DNA of 63,540 nucleotides, the filler included, from Reclinomonas americana ATCC 50394 (lineage: Eukaryota): assembly GCA_048213135.1 (NCBI GenBank). It is 9 parts of 3 records of this genome, joined end to end, with 100 filler letters (N's around TTAATTAATTAA, not from the genome) between each part and the next. Parts side by side here need not be neighbours in the genome. Positions count along the whole stretch, not along the records: positions 24,118 to 39,074 come from PS015129.1; positions 39,175 to 49,455 come from PS015129.1; 7 more parts are not named here. The stretch is one strand, 5' to 3'. Under the pieces are notes generated by a model. That model had not been told where the DNA came from, ran no database searches, and saw only the letters and a program-made list of their open reading frames with translations. The position numbers and the translations under genes were made by a program. Positions 36,901 through 48,426 of this stretch are shown here, piece after piece (the stretch's first letter is position 1; each line of letters opens with the position of its first letter).

Positions 36901-37932
36901 ATGCGACGGGCCGCCAGTGGGCAGTCCATCTTGTACTCGGCGATGAAACGGTCCACGTCGTAGGTGTCGATGACGGGGAGGATGGTTTTGATTTTGGCGA
37001 GGAGATCGCGGCATTGAGCGGTGTATCTGAGTGGGTGGGAAGGGAAAGGGGGAGGGGAATAGGAGAAGGGGAAGGGGGGAAAGGGCAATGGTGAGCTGGA
37101 ATTCTCTTTCGNNNNNNNNNNNNNNNNNNNNNNNNNNNNNNNNNNNNNNNNNNNNNNNNNNNNNNNNNNNNNNNNNNNNNNNNNNNNNNNNNNNNNNNNN
37201 NNNNNNNNNNNNNNNNNNNNNNNNNNNNNNNNNNNNNNNNNNNNNNNNNNNNNNNNNNNNNNNNNNNNNNNNNNNNNNNNNNNNNNNNNNNNNNNNNNNN
37301 NNNNNNNNNNNNNNNNNNNNNNNNNNNNNNNNNNNNNNNNNNNNNNNNNNNNNNNNNNNNNNNNNNNNNNNNNNNNNNNNNNNNNNNNNNNNNNNNNNNN
37401 NNNNNNNNNNNNNNNNNNNNNNNNNNNNNNNNNNNNNNNNNNNNNNNNNNNNNNNNNNNNNNNNNNNNNNNNNNNNNNNNNNNNNNNNNNNNNNNNNNNN
37501 NNNNNNNNNNNNNNNNNNNNNNNNNNNNNNNNNNNNNNNNNNNNNNNNNNNNNNNNNNNNNNNNNNNNNNNNNNNNNNNNNNNNNNNNNNNNNNNNNNNN
37601 NNNNNNNNNNNNNNNNNNNNNNNNNNNNNNNNNNNNNNNNNNNNNNNNNNNNNNNGACCACACAATTCTTCATCACCGCCATGGATTCGCTCAAGCTAAA
37701 CATGCACTGCGTCGACGAGGTATTCCCACTGCTGCAGGACGTACTGGAGGGCCTCACACGAGTGGCCACGGTGCGACCGGACTCGGAATCGGTGGAGAAA
37801 CTGAAGCAGTGGATCGCCACCCTGCAGCAGATGCGCGCGGCGGATGAGCTCAGCGAGGACCAAGTGCGGCAATTGTCATTCGATCTCGATAGCTCCTACC
37901 AGGCGTTCCACAGATCACTATCCAGTCAATAA
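33934..37932 (+). CDS. VPS28: ESCRT-I subunit VPS28 (middle exon on an inverted gap-bounded contig, 36815-37026, minus strand)
   Basis: EHYEYLADLYSLVIAIEALEKAFVRDAV, then the inverted piece YTAQCRDLL...FIAEYKMDCPLAARRIASGIPATIEH, then FITAMDSLKLN...ELSEDQVRQLSFDLDSSYQAF. Splice phases are compatible (GA|A TAC). Confidence 0.9.
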
Positions 37933-38044
37933 AACACTTTGTTGGAGAAGAGAACTTCGCATCAAATCAATTGCTGGCACGCGTTAACGACAGCGTTTTT
38001 CACATATCAAAAGATCGGAGAGAAAGCACACTCTGTGTCACATC

Positions 38045-38550
38045 ATGGGCGCCGGTTGCTCTACCTCCGGACCCACGCCTCTTCGGCGGAACAGCAGTGT
38101 CGTTGCGTGTGCACACTCAACTCTCACACACTCACTGTAAACGCCTGTGTGTTGTTGGTCGTTGACCTCTCTCTCTTCTCTGTCTCACACACACAGCGTC
38201 CATTCGCACGCCGCATGGAGGCCACCATTGCGCGTCTGGAGCACGTCTCTGCTGCTGTGCGCCTGGTACGACTGGAGCTGTGCGGGGAGGCGCCCTTTTC
38301 GTTTTTCGCTGGTCAGTCACTGCGCGTGTGGCACGAGCTTCCCGGCGACAACCCGCCGCAGTCTCCCGCGCAAAAGGCCGGAGGCAAAGCAGGAGGAACT
38401 CCACGTGCCAACTTCTCCATTGCGTCGTCTCCGCGGGAGATGGCGGAGCTGAAGGAGGCGACTGGGAAGCGATTTTTGGAGGTGCTGGTCGGACGCAGTG
38501 GGAACCCCGTGGTGACGTGGTTGCACTCGGAGGAGGCCAAAGTGGGGAAC
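38045..38550 (+). CDS. FAD-binding oxidoreductase (OXNAD1/ferredoxin-reductase-like), 3' truncated
   Basis: VRLVRLELCGEAPFSFFAGQSLRV...NFSIASSP...LEVLVGRSGNPVVTWLH. An upstream exon MGAGCSTSGPTPLRRNSSV splices in frame. Confidence 0.72.
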
Positions 38551-38639
38551 GTTGAGTACTCGCCCCGGGTGGAGGGGGAAAGAGGAGAAATAGGGCGAGA
38601 CAAGCCATCTTCGTGAGGGAGATGCACAACACTGGGGTA

Positions 38640-39000
38640 CTTCCTTCCCTTCGCTCACCCCCTTCCACGTGTGGAGTATTGAGTGCCGTGGGGTGGAGGG
38701 GAAACATGTCTGTCTTGTCGTGGAGAGAAAGAGGAGACAGGCAAGACTCGTAAGAGACAGCGAACATCTCGGTCTTTTCTCATCTTCCCTTCGCTCACCC
38801 CCCCTTCCACGTATGGAGCATTGAGTGCCCTGGGATGAAGGGGAAACGTATCTGTCTTGTTGGCTTGCCTATCTCCACGACAAGACAGACACGTTTCCCC
38901 TCCACCCCATGGCACTCAAGGAAGGGGGTGAGCGAAGAGAAGACGAGAAAAGACCGAGATGTTAGCTGTCTCTTTCGAGTCTTGCCTGTCTCTCCACGAC
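38640..39000. repeat. Direct plus inverted ~130-140 bp repeats forming an imperfect palindrome
   Basis: Unit CTTCCCTTCGCTCACCCC..TTGAGTGCC..GGGGAAAC.T.TCTGTCTTGT at about 38645 and 38785, with a reverse-complement copy at about 38871-38995. Confidence 0.85.
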
Positions 39001-39255
39001 CACTTAGGACTATAGAGAACATCTCAGTCTTATCTTTCCCTCCCTGCGCTGACCCCTTCCTTCGCATGCGCAGANNNNNNNNNNNNNNNNNNNNNNNNNN
39101 NNNNNNNNNNNNNNNNNNTTAATTAATTAANNNNNNNNNNNNNNNNNNNNNNNNNNNNNNNNNNNNNNNNNNNNTTCTGTGACCACGCGCAAGATCTCAG
39201 TCGTCTGAACGACTCACGACGCGCAAGTGCCACCACCACCCATCTCGCACTCACC

Positions 39256-41211
39256 GATCCATGGTGGCCGGTGCGTGGCCGCTGGTCGGCGCCATCTCCT
39301 GTCGGGCAGCGGGCGATATAGAGCGCGAGCGCGACGGCTCAAGCTCCTCCTCTTCGTCGGCCATCATGCGGCGCTGCAGGCACAAGTCAGCCTACGCACA
39401 ATCTCACACCTCAATTCCAACTCTTTTCTATGCCTACACACCGACGGCGGAGCACCACGTGCCCTCGGCTGCTGTGGTGGCGGACCCACGTGGATACGAC
39501 GATCGGACGCCGCTGGCGCGGCACTGACCAGCGCCGGGGACGATGGGCGACCAGCAACAGACACTGCTCGAGTGGGCGACGACGGCCGAGCACCTGCATT
39601 GTGCCAGGTAAGACGGCGGTCACGCCGGAGCGCTCCTCAAACAAAAAACTCACCCGTGGGACTTTCGGGTGTGGCAGAGCGTGCGCGCTCCACAGCGCCT
39701 TGCTGCTGCTGGTGCTGATGATGAGAGTCCTCCACTGCCACGTTGACAGAGGTGTGGCCGTGCTCGCCAGTCGACGCGCCGTGCTCTCCCTCCTCCTCCT
39801 CGCCCTCACCGTCCGCTTCGACCTTGGGGCGGCGCAGCGGCTGGCGGCTCAAACGGAAGTAGTGCACAATGATGCAGAGTGCGATGAACGCCAACAGCGA
39901 CGTGACGCCAGCCAGGAAGTACACACTGCGCAAAAAATGGAGTGAGACAAGAGGCTCCCGCACAATCCAGAGCCTCCTTGCAGCAGCACACACGCACATG
40001 AACATGATGATGGTCGCCGTGTCCATGGGTGACGGTGGCATGAAGACGGCCACACCCACAATCGGCACACCCAAATGGTAGATGGTGATCAGCAGTGTGG
40101 TAATGAGCGCGAAAATGGTGAAGCCGAACGAGCGCAGCGTCACGCACGCCGTGCCGACCAGCAGCGACAAAATGTACGCCGGTCCCACATAAATCAAGTA
40201 AAAGCTCTGCGCAGGCGAAAGTAACGTCAGCGCACACACTCTCGCACGCACACTCACCCATGCTGACAGCAGACGCAACTCCATAAAACAAGTCATTGAC
40301 GGCCGTGAATGCAACCACCGGGTTCTTCAGGCGATACACGTAATCGGGCCAGCCGGCAATGGCCGTCAGCGCCAACAGCTGCAGCGCCATGGCCACCTTG
40401 TAGAAACGCCATGATCGTGTCAGTTCCCGCGTCGATGCCTTGATGGCCTCGGCGTGCTCCGCCACCAGCGTGGCATCGTCCACCTCCTGCTGGTACTCGC
40501 CGCCGGCAACGGGTGAGTTCCTCCCATCTCGTGGACTGGACGGCTGCCCAATCTGTGGTGTGTCACAAAAGATATGAGCTTCACGTGCTCGATACTGTCG
40601 CACGCACACAGACACTCACCAGCGGCGACAGTGGTCGCCCGGCACGCTCATCCTGCAGCGTATTGTGCACATCACGCGTCAACGTCTCCAGCATCTGCTC
40701 CAGCACCAGCGGCTGGCTGACGCTCAGCTCCGGCTGCGCTTGCACTGCTTCTTGCAATCGCTTCGTAAACATCGCTCGCCGCCCATCGTGCCTCATGTGC
40801 GGCAACGAGCGCTCCAACCACGTGACATAGGCCGCCGATCGCTGCCTTGACGCGTCGTGAGCCGCATGCGACGCCGCTGTGGTCGGCGACGGTGGTGCCG
40901 GTGACGGAGTGCGTTGACGAGGTGCGGGTGACGGAGAACCGGCGCCAATCACTGCAGTGGTAGACAGAGAGTCAGACTCACGAGATGGACGTCAAACGAC
41001 AGCGATCAGGAGAAGAGGAGGAGAGACGCAGCATCTCAGCAAGCCGGAAGCCGGCGTCGCCGCTGCTCACACGCAACAAGAAAACAACACGCACACAAAG
41101 ACCGACATCAGAGGACACATGCACCAAAGTAGAGAGGAGCAAACATAAGAACGCAACAATGGCGACGAGTGGGCGACGGGGCACGACCGACGGGATCATA
41201 CGGCGCATCAT
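39256..41211 (-). CDS. Hypothetical multi-pass membrane protein with N-terminal signal/anchor (3' truncated)
   Basis: MMRRMIPSVVPRRPLVAIVAFLCLLLSTLVHVSSD, then several hydrophobic segments (FYLIYVGPAYILSLLVG, FTIFALITTLLITIYHLGVPIVGVAVF, VYFLAGVTSLLAFIALCIIVHYF) in GT-AG exons. Confidence 0.6.
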
Positions 41212-41917
41212 CGTTGCCACTGGCGGCCGACAATCGCCCTCCAACTGCCTCACCATATGCCAACGAAGTCAGCGGAGGCAATCGCTGGACAGAGTTGTTG
41301 CGTTCGGCGTCCCAGCGATCCCTGCGAGGAGGAGAAGCAGCGAGTGAGTGCCTCGAGGCTCTCTCAACTGCGAACTGACGAGCAGACGATGTGCGCGCGC
41401 TCTCTCAGGACGCAACTCTTCTGTATCAGGACCACGTGAAGGCATCCGCGCACGAGGAACTCGACGAGCCGACGGTCGCTGAGATGAGCAGAGAGGGTGA
41501 GACAAAATGTCCGATGTTGAAACAGAAGATCGAAATCAACAAGAAACGCACTTGCACACACACGCACACACACACACACACACACGCACACACACACACA
41601 CAAGTGCGCGTACAGTGACACATGCACCAAGCTACACGTGCGCAGTGCGTGTGTCCTCACCTCAGCCATTATCGATATCTCTTCTCCGCTGCGGTCACAC
41701 ACTGCTCCTCACAGAACACAGATCCACACTTGCACAGATGAACACTCGGTCTTTCTGTCGCACGCACACGCTCTCTCACTCTCGCAGATCCTTCGTTGTG
41801 TGTGGTTCGTCGTTGGGACAGAAGAGAGTGACTCACGCGCCCCGATTGTCCGCGAAAAGTTCTCACTATCCGCTGTGTTTCCCCGCGCGCGCGTACACAC
41901 ACCCGCTTTGTTATTTG

Positions 41918-43018
41918 ATGGCTGCTTCGACCAACCGCAAGTTCCTCTTCACCTCAGAGTGTTGCGTCTTCTCTTCATTCTTTCCTTGTCTTGCAGTTTG
42001 GTTTTTCGCTCATTGAGCTTACCGTCTCGCTACATACACACGCAGCGGTCTCTGAGGGCCACCCTGGTGAGCTCCGTGTTTGTCGTGTGTTTATGTTTGT
42101 GTGTCACAGTGTCAACTGATATTCCGCGCGCGTGCTACCAACTGCTGCAGACAAGCTTTGCGATCAGGTTTGTTGACACATACGCTGTCGCCTCTCTCTC
42201 TCTCTCCTTCCTTCTCTCTGTCTCCTTCCCTCTTGCTGTCGCCCCAAATGCACGTGTCGTGTCGCGCACCGTCTGCGTGTCGTGAGGGGGCGATGTGCAT
42301 GCACATCGCTTTCCGCACCTTTTGCCTCTCCCACGCTCCGCCCCTCTCCACCCACTCCCTTCCACCACTCTATCACCTGCACACATGCCTTGTGCACTGG
42401 TCGTCCGCATTCCGGCGTGTGATCTTCCTCCTCTTCCTCACTGAGTGTTTGCACATTTCGGGCCATGTCGCACCCCTCTCACTCTGCTTGTGACAGGTTT
42501 CCGACGCCGTGCTCGACGCTGTGCTGACGCAAGATCCCTTTGGCCGCGTGGCTTGCGGTTCGTATGTTTCTCGCGCAATTGCCCCGCCTTTACAATCGTG
42601 ATTGCTCAATTGGTGGAGCTTTTGCATGATCTTCCGCACACAGAGTCGGCCTCCAAGACTGGGTGCGTGCCACGCACGTAGACATGCACCTGCGCAGCTG
42701 TGTTGCTCACGTAATCCTTTTTGTTCTCTTCTCTTCTCTCCAGCATGATCCTGGTGTTCGGCGAGGTGCGTTTCCACCCCACTGCAGCAGTCGGAGCGAC
42801 TGTTCTTACACGCGCGAGCGCAGATCAGCTTCGCCGGCCACTTGGACTGGCAGGAGGTGGTGCGCGGTGCCATCCGCGACATTGGCTACGATGACGGCGC
42901 CAAGGGCTTCGACTACAAGTCGTGCAACGTGCTGGTGGCGGTGGAGCAGCAGTCGCGCGAGATTGCCGAGGCCGTGCACGTCAACAAGTCGCTGGAGGAG
43001 ACCGGCGCCGGCGATCAG
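41918..43018 (+). CDS. MAT: S-adenosylmethionine synthetase, N-terminal part (truncated at gap)
   Basis: Spliced [27 protein letters not shown]...RVACESASKTGMILVFGEI...[17 protein letters not shown]...EQQSREIA...GAGDQ. Confidence 0.95.
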
Positions 43019-43631
43019 GTTGGTGGACGGAGAATGCCAAAAGAGAAAAGTATTCGTCTGTTTTTTTCTCAGACAAGTGAGTNNNNNNNNNNNNNNNNNN
43101 NNGGCCGTCTGCAGCGTAAAGTTCTTCTTGATGCGGATCGCACTGTACCTCGACGCACCTGCAACGTGTGGTCACAACACCAAGACTGCTGCAACAACTT
43201 GCCCACATCACAAACCCATTGTCGGCTGCGGTGCCAGCGCCACTGCGGTCGACGACTCAGGCTCCTCCTCTGGTTCCTCGAGCGTGATAATGTCCGAGTC
43301 GACGACAGTCGCCACTGCCGAGGTGGACCACTCCAGCGCCTGCACAGACTCGCACAATGAGCACGCAATGCCACCTCTGCCTCACTTGGTGCACACAGAC
43401 CTGCATCTCCAACGCCGACACTGTGCGCACACTCTGCGTCGACGCGCTCTCCGCTGCTCTCTCTGGCCTCCTTCCCGACTTCCACAGGAGCCATCGCCAC
43501 AGTCGTGATAGTCGCTCCAGCAGCCACCTCCAAAGTGACTGCACAAGTGGCAGCATGCATGCGGTGATAGCGAAGTGCGTCGTCGTTGGTTCATCGATAA
43601 TCTACTCCACTTCCTTCAAGTGGGTCCGGCG

Positions 43632-45858
43632 ATGCGCCGCCGCGTCGCGTTGCTGCTCGTTGTTGTGGTGGCGGTGCTGCTGCTCACCGAAAGCGTGGTG
43701 GCGGAGGAAAAAGAAGACGATGACGAGCTGGCATTGGCGCGCGAGGCAAAAATCGATGGCATGCAGTACACACTGAAGCACGAAAGCACCTCACAGTCGC
43801 TCATGTTTGGCACGCACACGTCTGTGCGAGCTGCTGGTGTGTCTCACGTGAGAGAGAAATCGATCTGTTTTTCTCTCTTCTCACTCTCTGTGTGTGCAGT
43901 CCGCGAACACATTCGCAGTCGCGGCATTGGTGATGATGTGACAGAGGAGCTGGTGACGGCTGCGCGCGACACACTGCGCACAATGGGTCTCTACGCACCA
44001 CCGGTAAGTTGCATCGCGATCTTGCTTTCACATTGGTTTTCACTCAACCATTTGTCTGCACACTGCCAGAGGAGGAAAGTCGGGCTGTTGGTGGCTGGCC
44101 GTGTACACGTGCTGCGAGTGGCTCGCGATGGAAGCGATTGTGCCGCAGTCGGTGAGTCGCCAGCACGTTGCTGGCCATCAAAGTCGTTTCGTGTTGCTGA
44201 CACATTGCCAGCCAAGCGGTTCGCTCACGAGCAGCATCTGGAGGAGGAATACGTGCCGGCCATGGAGCTGGCCCTGCGGCTGCAGCTGAAACACAATATG
44301 CCAGAGGTTTGGTGGAGTTGCTCTTTTTTTTTTTTCGTGCACTCATGCCACGTGCTGCAGCCGACAGTCGCTCCCGCTGGCATGGAGCACCTGCGCAAGG
44401 GATTCATGGTCGGCTTTCTCACCTCGTCGCTGGCGATTGTCGGCCACGTCCACTCGAGCATTAAGATCTTGTACTTTACGGTGATGCCCGGGTGCTCGTG
44501 GGTGTACCGCTTTGGTGAGTTGTTCTTGGGAGTGTCGCATCTGCACCAGCACTGAAAATGTTGTGAGCAGCACCCAACATTGCAAAGCCGAGTATTCGCT
44601 TCGAGTACGTCCTGCTGCACGATGCAAGGGAGGAGATCATCGCCGATGTGAACAGTGTGGCCAAGTATATTGCCGAGCATCCGGCGGTGAGTGGGAACTA
44701 GGTGTTGGCCATTGTGACACCACGCTCATTTGTGCACCCCACGCAGGAATTTGCTTCACACTTTGTGGTTCGTGCACAGAGATACTGTTCTCTTGTTCAC
44801 ATAACAGGTACTCATCTTTTGCTTCTCCACAGCCGCCACTGCCGAATCCCTCCGCCTCGCTGGCCAACCGCATTCAGCCGCCGTTGCCACTCTCCCCTCG
44901 CACCGAGTGGTTTCCATTCAAAGCGGAGGACCCGCCGCGTGCTTCGTATCGCTCCTCTGACGAGGAGCAGCGCGTCCGCCGTGTTACACCAACACCGTGC
45001 AAGATCATCGAGGACAAGACTCGTGACGAGCCAACGCAACCTCCCGAGTGTGAGCTGTGTGGGTCGCAGTTTGTGCGCCAGCAACCGCGACCACCACTCG
45101 GTCGTCGCGTGCACATTGTGATCGGAGTGTTCTCCATGGACACGGCGCGTGAGAGTCGCGATGTGGCTCGCTCGACCTGGATGCGGTACCCCAACGTGTA
45201 CCACCCGCAAAACAATCCCGACGGCACCGTACAGGTGGTTTTCCTGCTGGGTCGACCCAATCGATGTGCCGCCGAGCCGCTGCTGCGTGAGGAGGGTGCT
45301 GCTCATGGCGATCTGTTCTTCTTGGACATTCGCGAGAATGTGGCCGACGGCAAGATGCGCGACTGGCTGGTGGCCGCCGCCGACTACTACGCCAACACCA
45401 CCGTGCGCTACGTCAGCAAGAGTGACGGTGACATTTTTCTGCGCACAGTGGAACTCGAGCGGGAGCTCTCGCACCTACCGCGGGAGCGCCTGCTGTGGGG
45501 TCCCGGCCACACTGCCTATCGCAACCAGATGATCTACGACTTCACCATTGGTTTCACGATGATCATGTCGTTCGACTTGGTGCAATGGGTTCGCGACGCA
45601 CCGCTGCCGACGGCTGAGTACTTTGGGATCGACGACTGCGCGTTTGCGTGGTGGCTGGCTGCCGCCGACGTACCGGTGCACTTTGTGCCCGACATTCGCT
45701 TTCACGACGACAGCACCCACATGCGTGGCTACTTTGCCGAGCCGGTCACCGACGAGAGTATCTGCGTGCATCGGGTGGTCTCCCGAGCAACGGCTGAGAG
45801 CCTTCTGGCGAGATTTCCGCTGGCGGAGGCCGTCAGCAGCGACATTGACGAGAGATAA
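43632..45858 (+). CDS. GT31 (beta-1,3-galactosyltransferase-like) glycosyltransferase with long N-terminal extension and signal peptide
   Basis: Signal MRRRVALLLVVVVAVLLLTESVVA. GT31 motifs RDVARSTW, VVFLLG, EEGAAHGDLFFLDIREN, YVSKSDGDIF, MSFDLV and IDDCAFAWWL. Confidence 0.78.
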
Positions 45859-45982
45859 GGCTGCTCATTGTGGAGGCAATGCTCCAACGGCGAGACATTG
45901 TATAGTTTGTGAAGTCACGTGTCATGCACGACAGTCGGTCCCACAAGGCCGCAATTGCACTTCGTTTGTCGACTCTCCCGCG

Positions 45983-48009
45983 ATGGCGTCCAGCGGACTC
46001 GGCTTTGAGAATCGCGCCGTCGGCGTTCTCCTCGGCGTCATGGTGACTCACTGCACAGCAAGCACACACTCACACTCAGCGTGTTGTCTGACGCTGTTTT
46101 TTCCTTGCCTCCTCTCAAACAAGGTCGGCGATGTGCTGGGTGCCGCCGTGGAGGGTGAATCTGCACAGGCCATCGCTCGTCGGTTCCCCGACGGAGTGCG
46201 CGACTTTGTGCCTTGCAAGCACATGGGATTGCCGGATTTGCCCGAGAGATTTGGTGAGAGGAGTGAGAGCACTTCCCACTGTCCCCTCTCTGCTCACGTC
46301 TCCTCTCTCTCTTCGTGGCACGCAGGCATGTACACAGACGACACAAATGCGACTCTCGCTCTCGCCACCAGCTTGGTGAAGCGGCGTGAGCTGGACGTGC
46401 AAGACGTGGCGGAGGAGCACGCGCGCTTTGGGGCACTGGAGCCTGTGCGTGGCTGCCCGAGCAGCATGATGGCACTGATGCAGCTGATTCGTGACGGTGT
46501 GCCGGCGACGGAGACGGTGAGTCTCTTGCCGAGTGTGAGCAGGAGCAGCAGCAGCACCGGCGGCCTTACATAACCATCATCACTGCAGGGCACCAAGATC
46601 TTCGCTGACGGGTCGTGGGCCAATGGCGGCGCCATGCGGATCGCTCCTGTGGCCATTGCCTTCCGCAACACGTCGTTTCGCGTTCTCCGTGAGGCTGTCC
46701 GGCAGGCGCTGCTATTCTCTCACGTGCATCCCGAAGGTCTCTGTGTGTACCTCTTGTCTTTGTGCATCACCCTGTTCCCCTTCTCATTGGCGTCTCATTC
46801 ACAGCCGTGGACGGCGCCTACATTCTCTGCCGTGCTGTGGTCATGCTGTTTGGCGAGCACGCTTTCGAGTTCTCCCCGATCTCGTTCTTCTCGCGTCTGC
46901 GGCAGGGCACGGAGACGGAGGCGCTCTGTGGCCGACTGGATACCATAGAGGTGTTGTTGGAGCAGGGCGACAAGGCGGGCATGGCAGACGAGGAGGTGTA
47001 TGGCATTCTTGGCTCGGAGTTTCAGATTCGCACGGCCGAGGCCGTGTCGTGTGCACTGTGGATGTTTTTGCGCCACTGGGCGACGCCCGAGGAGTGCCTC
47101 ATTCGGTGCGTGAGTCTCGGCGGTGACGCAGACACGATTGCGTGCATGTGCGGTGCGCTCCTCGGTGCACTGCACGGGTATCACTGGATCCCGGCACGCT
47201 GGCTCGACAACCTCGGTGCGCAGCAAAAACAGAACGCACAGCATGTGAACGCGCCACCATGAGTTCTCACTCTTCTTTCTTCTCGGCGTGCGTGCAGAGA
47301 ATGGAGAACGCGGTCGCGACCATGTCATCGAGCTGGCTCGCCAGCTGGCCTCGCTCGACTTGACGTCTGTTCCGCGCCTCGAGTCGACACCACCCGGTGC
47401 ACTGCCGCCGCCTCCGCCTCCCCCCGTTTCTGCCGAGCTGCGTGAGCGTTTGCAGACTGTGGAGCGCCTGTTGTCGGACGTGCTGCTGGCGCAGCAGGCT
47501 GCTGTTGGCATGGATGTGCCTCCAGACTTGGTGCGTGCTCTCATGACAACTGATCGAGAGAGAAGGTATCTCACTCGCGATGTTGCTTGCAGCTCATGGC
47601 AGAACTGCTGCTGAGCCCGGATTATGCCGACGTGTATCGGCTGGCTTTCGATATTCTGTGTGAAAATGCAGACGGCATGTTGCCGAGCGTCGCCGCCGCT
47701 GCGCACGAGCAGTGCTTCTTCCCGCCGACTCTCTTCCCGGGCATCGGCATGTGGAAGCGGCTCCTGGAGGAGAAGGAGCACGCTGATCCCACGCGGCGCC
47801 TGTCGCGTGAGGAGTGGAACGAGTGCCTGCAGTATGCCATCGCCCTGGCCACCGATTCACCAATGGCCGCGCAACCGGTGCTCACCGTGTCGGCGTCGCC
47901 GGCAGCAGCAGCAGCAGCGGCTGCCGCAGCGGCTGCACCAGGTGCCGATCAGTGGATATCGCCACTCATTCGCGAGTTCCACGAGTTGCAGAGCCCACCG
48001 CGGAGATAA
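45983..48009 (+). CDS. ADP-ribosylglycohydrolase (ARH3/DraG family) with C-terminal DCN1-like domain
   Basis: VGDVLGAAVEG, YTDDT, SWANGGAMRIAPV, SHVHP and GGDADTIACMCGALLGA. An in-frame final exon (47593-48009) resembles the DCN1 PONY domain. Confidence 0.85.
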
Positions 48010-48132
48010 TAACAACGGAGGAGGGTGGATGGTGAAGTGAAACGTCGGATCGCGTTTCACAGCGAGTTGTTGCTGTTGCCACAAAGCAGACGTTGAGTTG
48101 TCAGTCCTGTTATATGTCGTCCGCTCGTCGTC

Positions 48133-48395
48133 ATGTTCGTGTCGCGATTACGCAACACCGTCGCCTCGGCGATCGGTGGTGCAAGTGGTGCTGTTCTGGG
48201 CGCTGCCATGCGCGGATCGTGGCGAAGACCAGTGCTCACCACAGTCGGTGTGGGTGCAGTTGTTGCGCAATCATTCCTCCTTGTGTCCAGATGCACTGTC
48301 ACAACACTCTCACCTTCGCGTATGTGCGCTGTGTGGTCTCGTCTTGACAGGTGCTGCTTGGTGGGCTGACGATCAGTGCGGCCTCGTTTCCACTG

Positions 48396-48426
<31 letters not shown>

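Noticed and set aside
43019-43560. Apparent fusion of SAM synthetase with unrelated downstream sequence
   Set aside because: A 20-N gap separates them. The downstream piece looks like exons of an opposite-strand gene, so the true gap is probably larger than shown.
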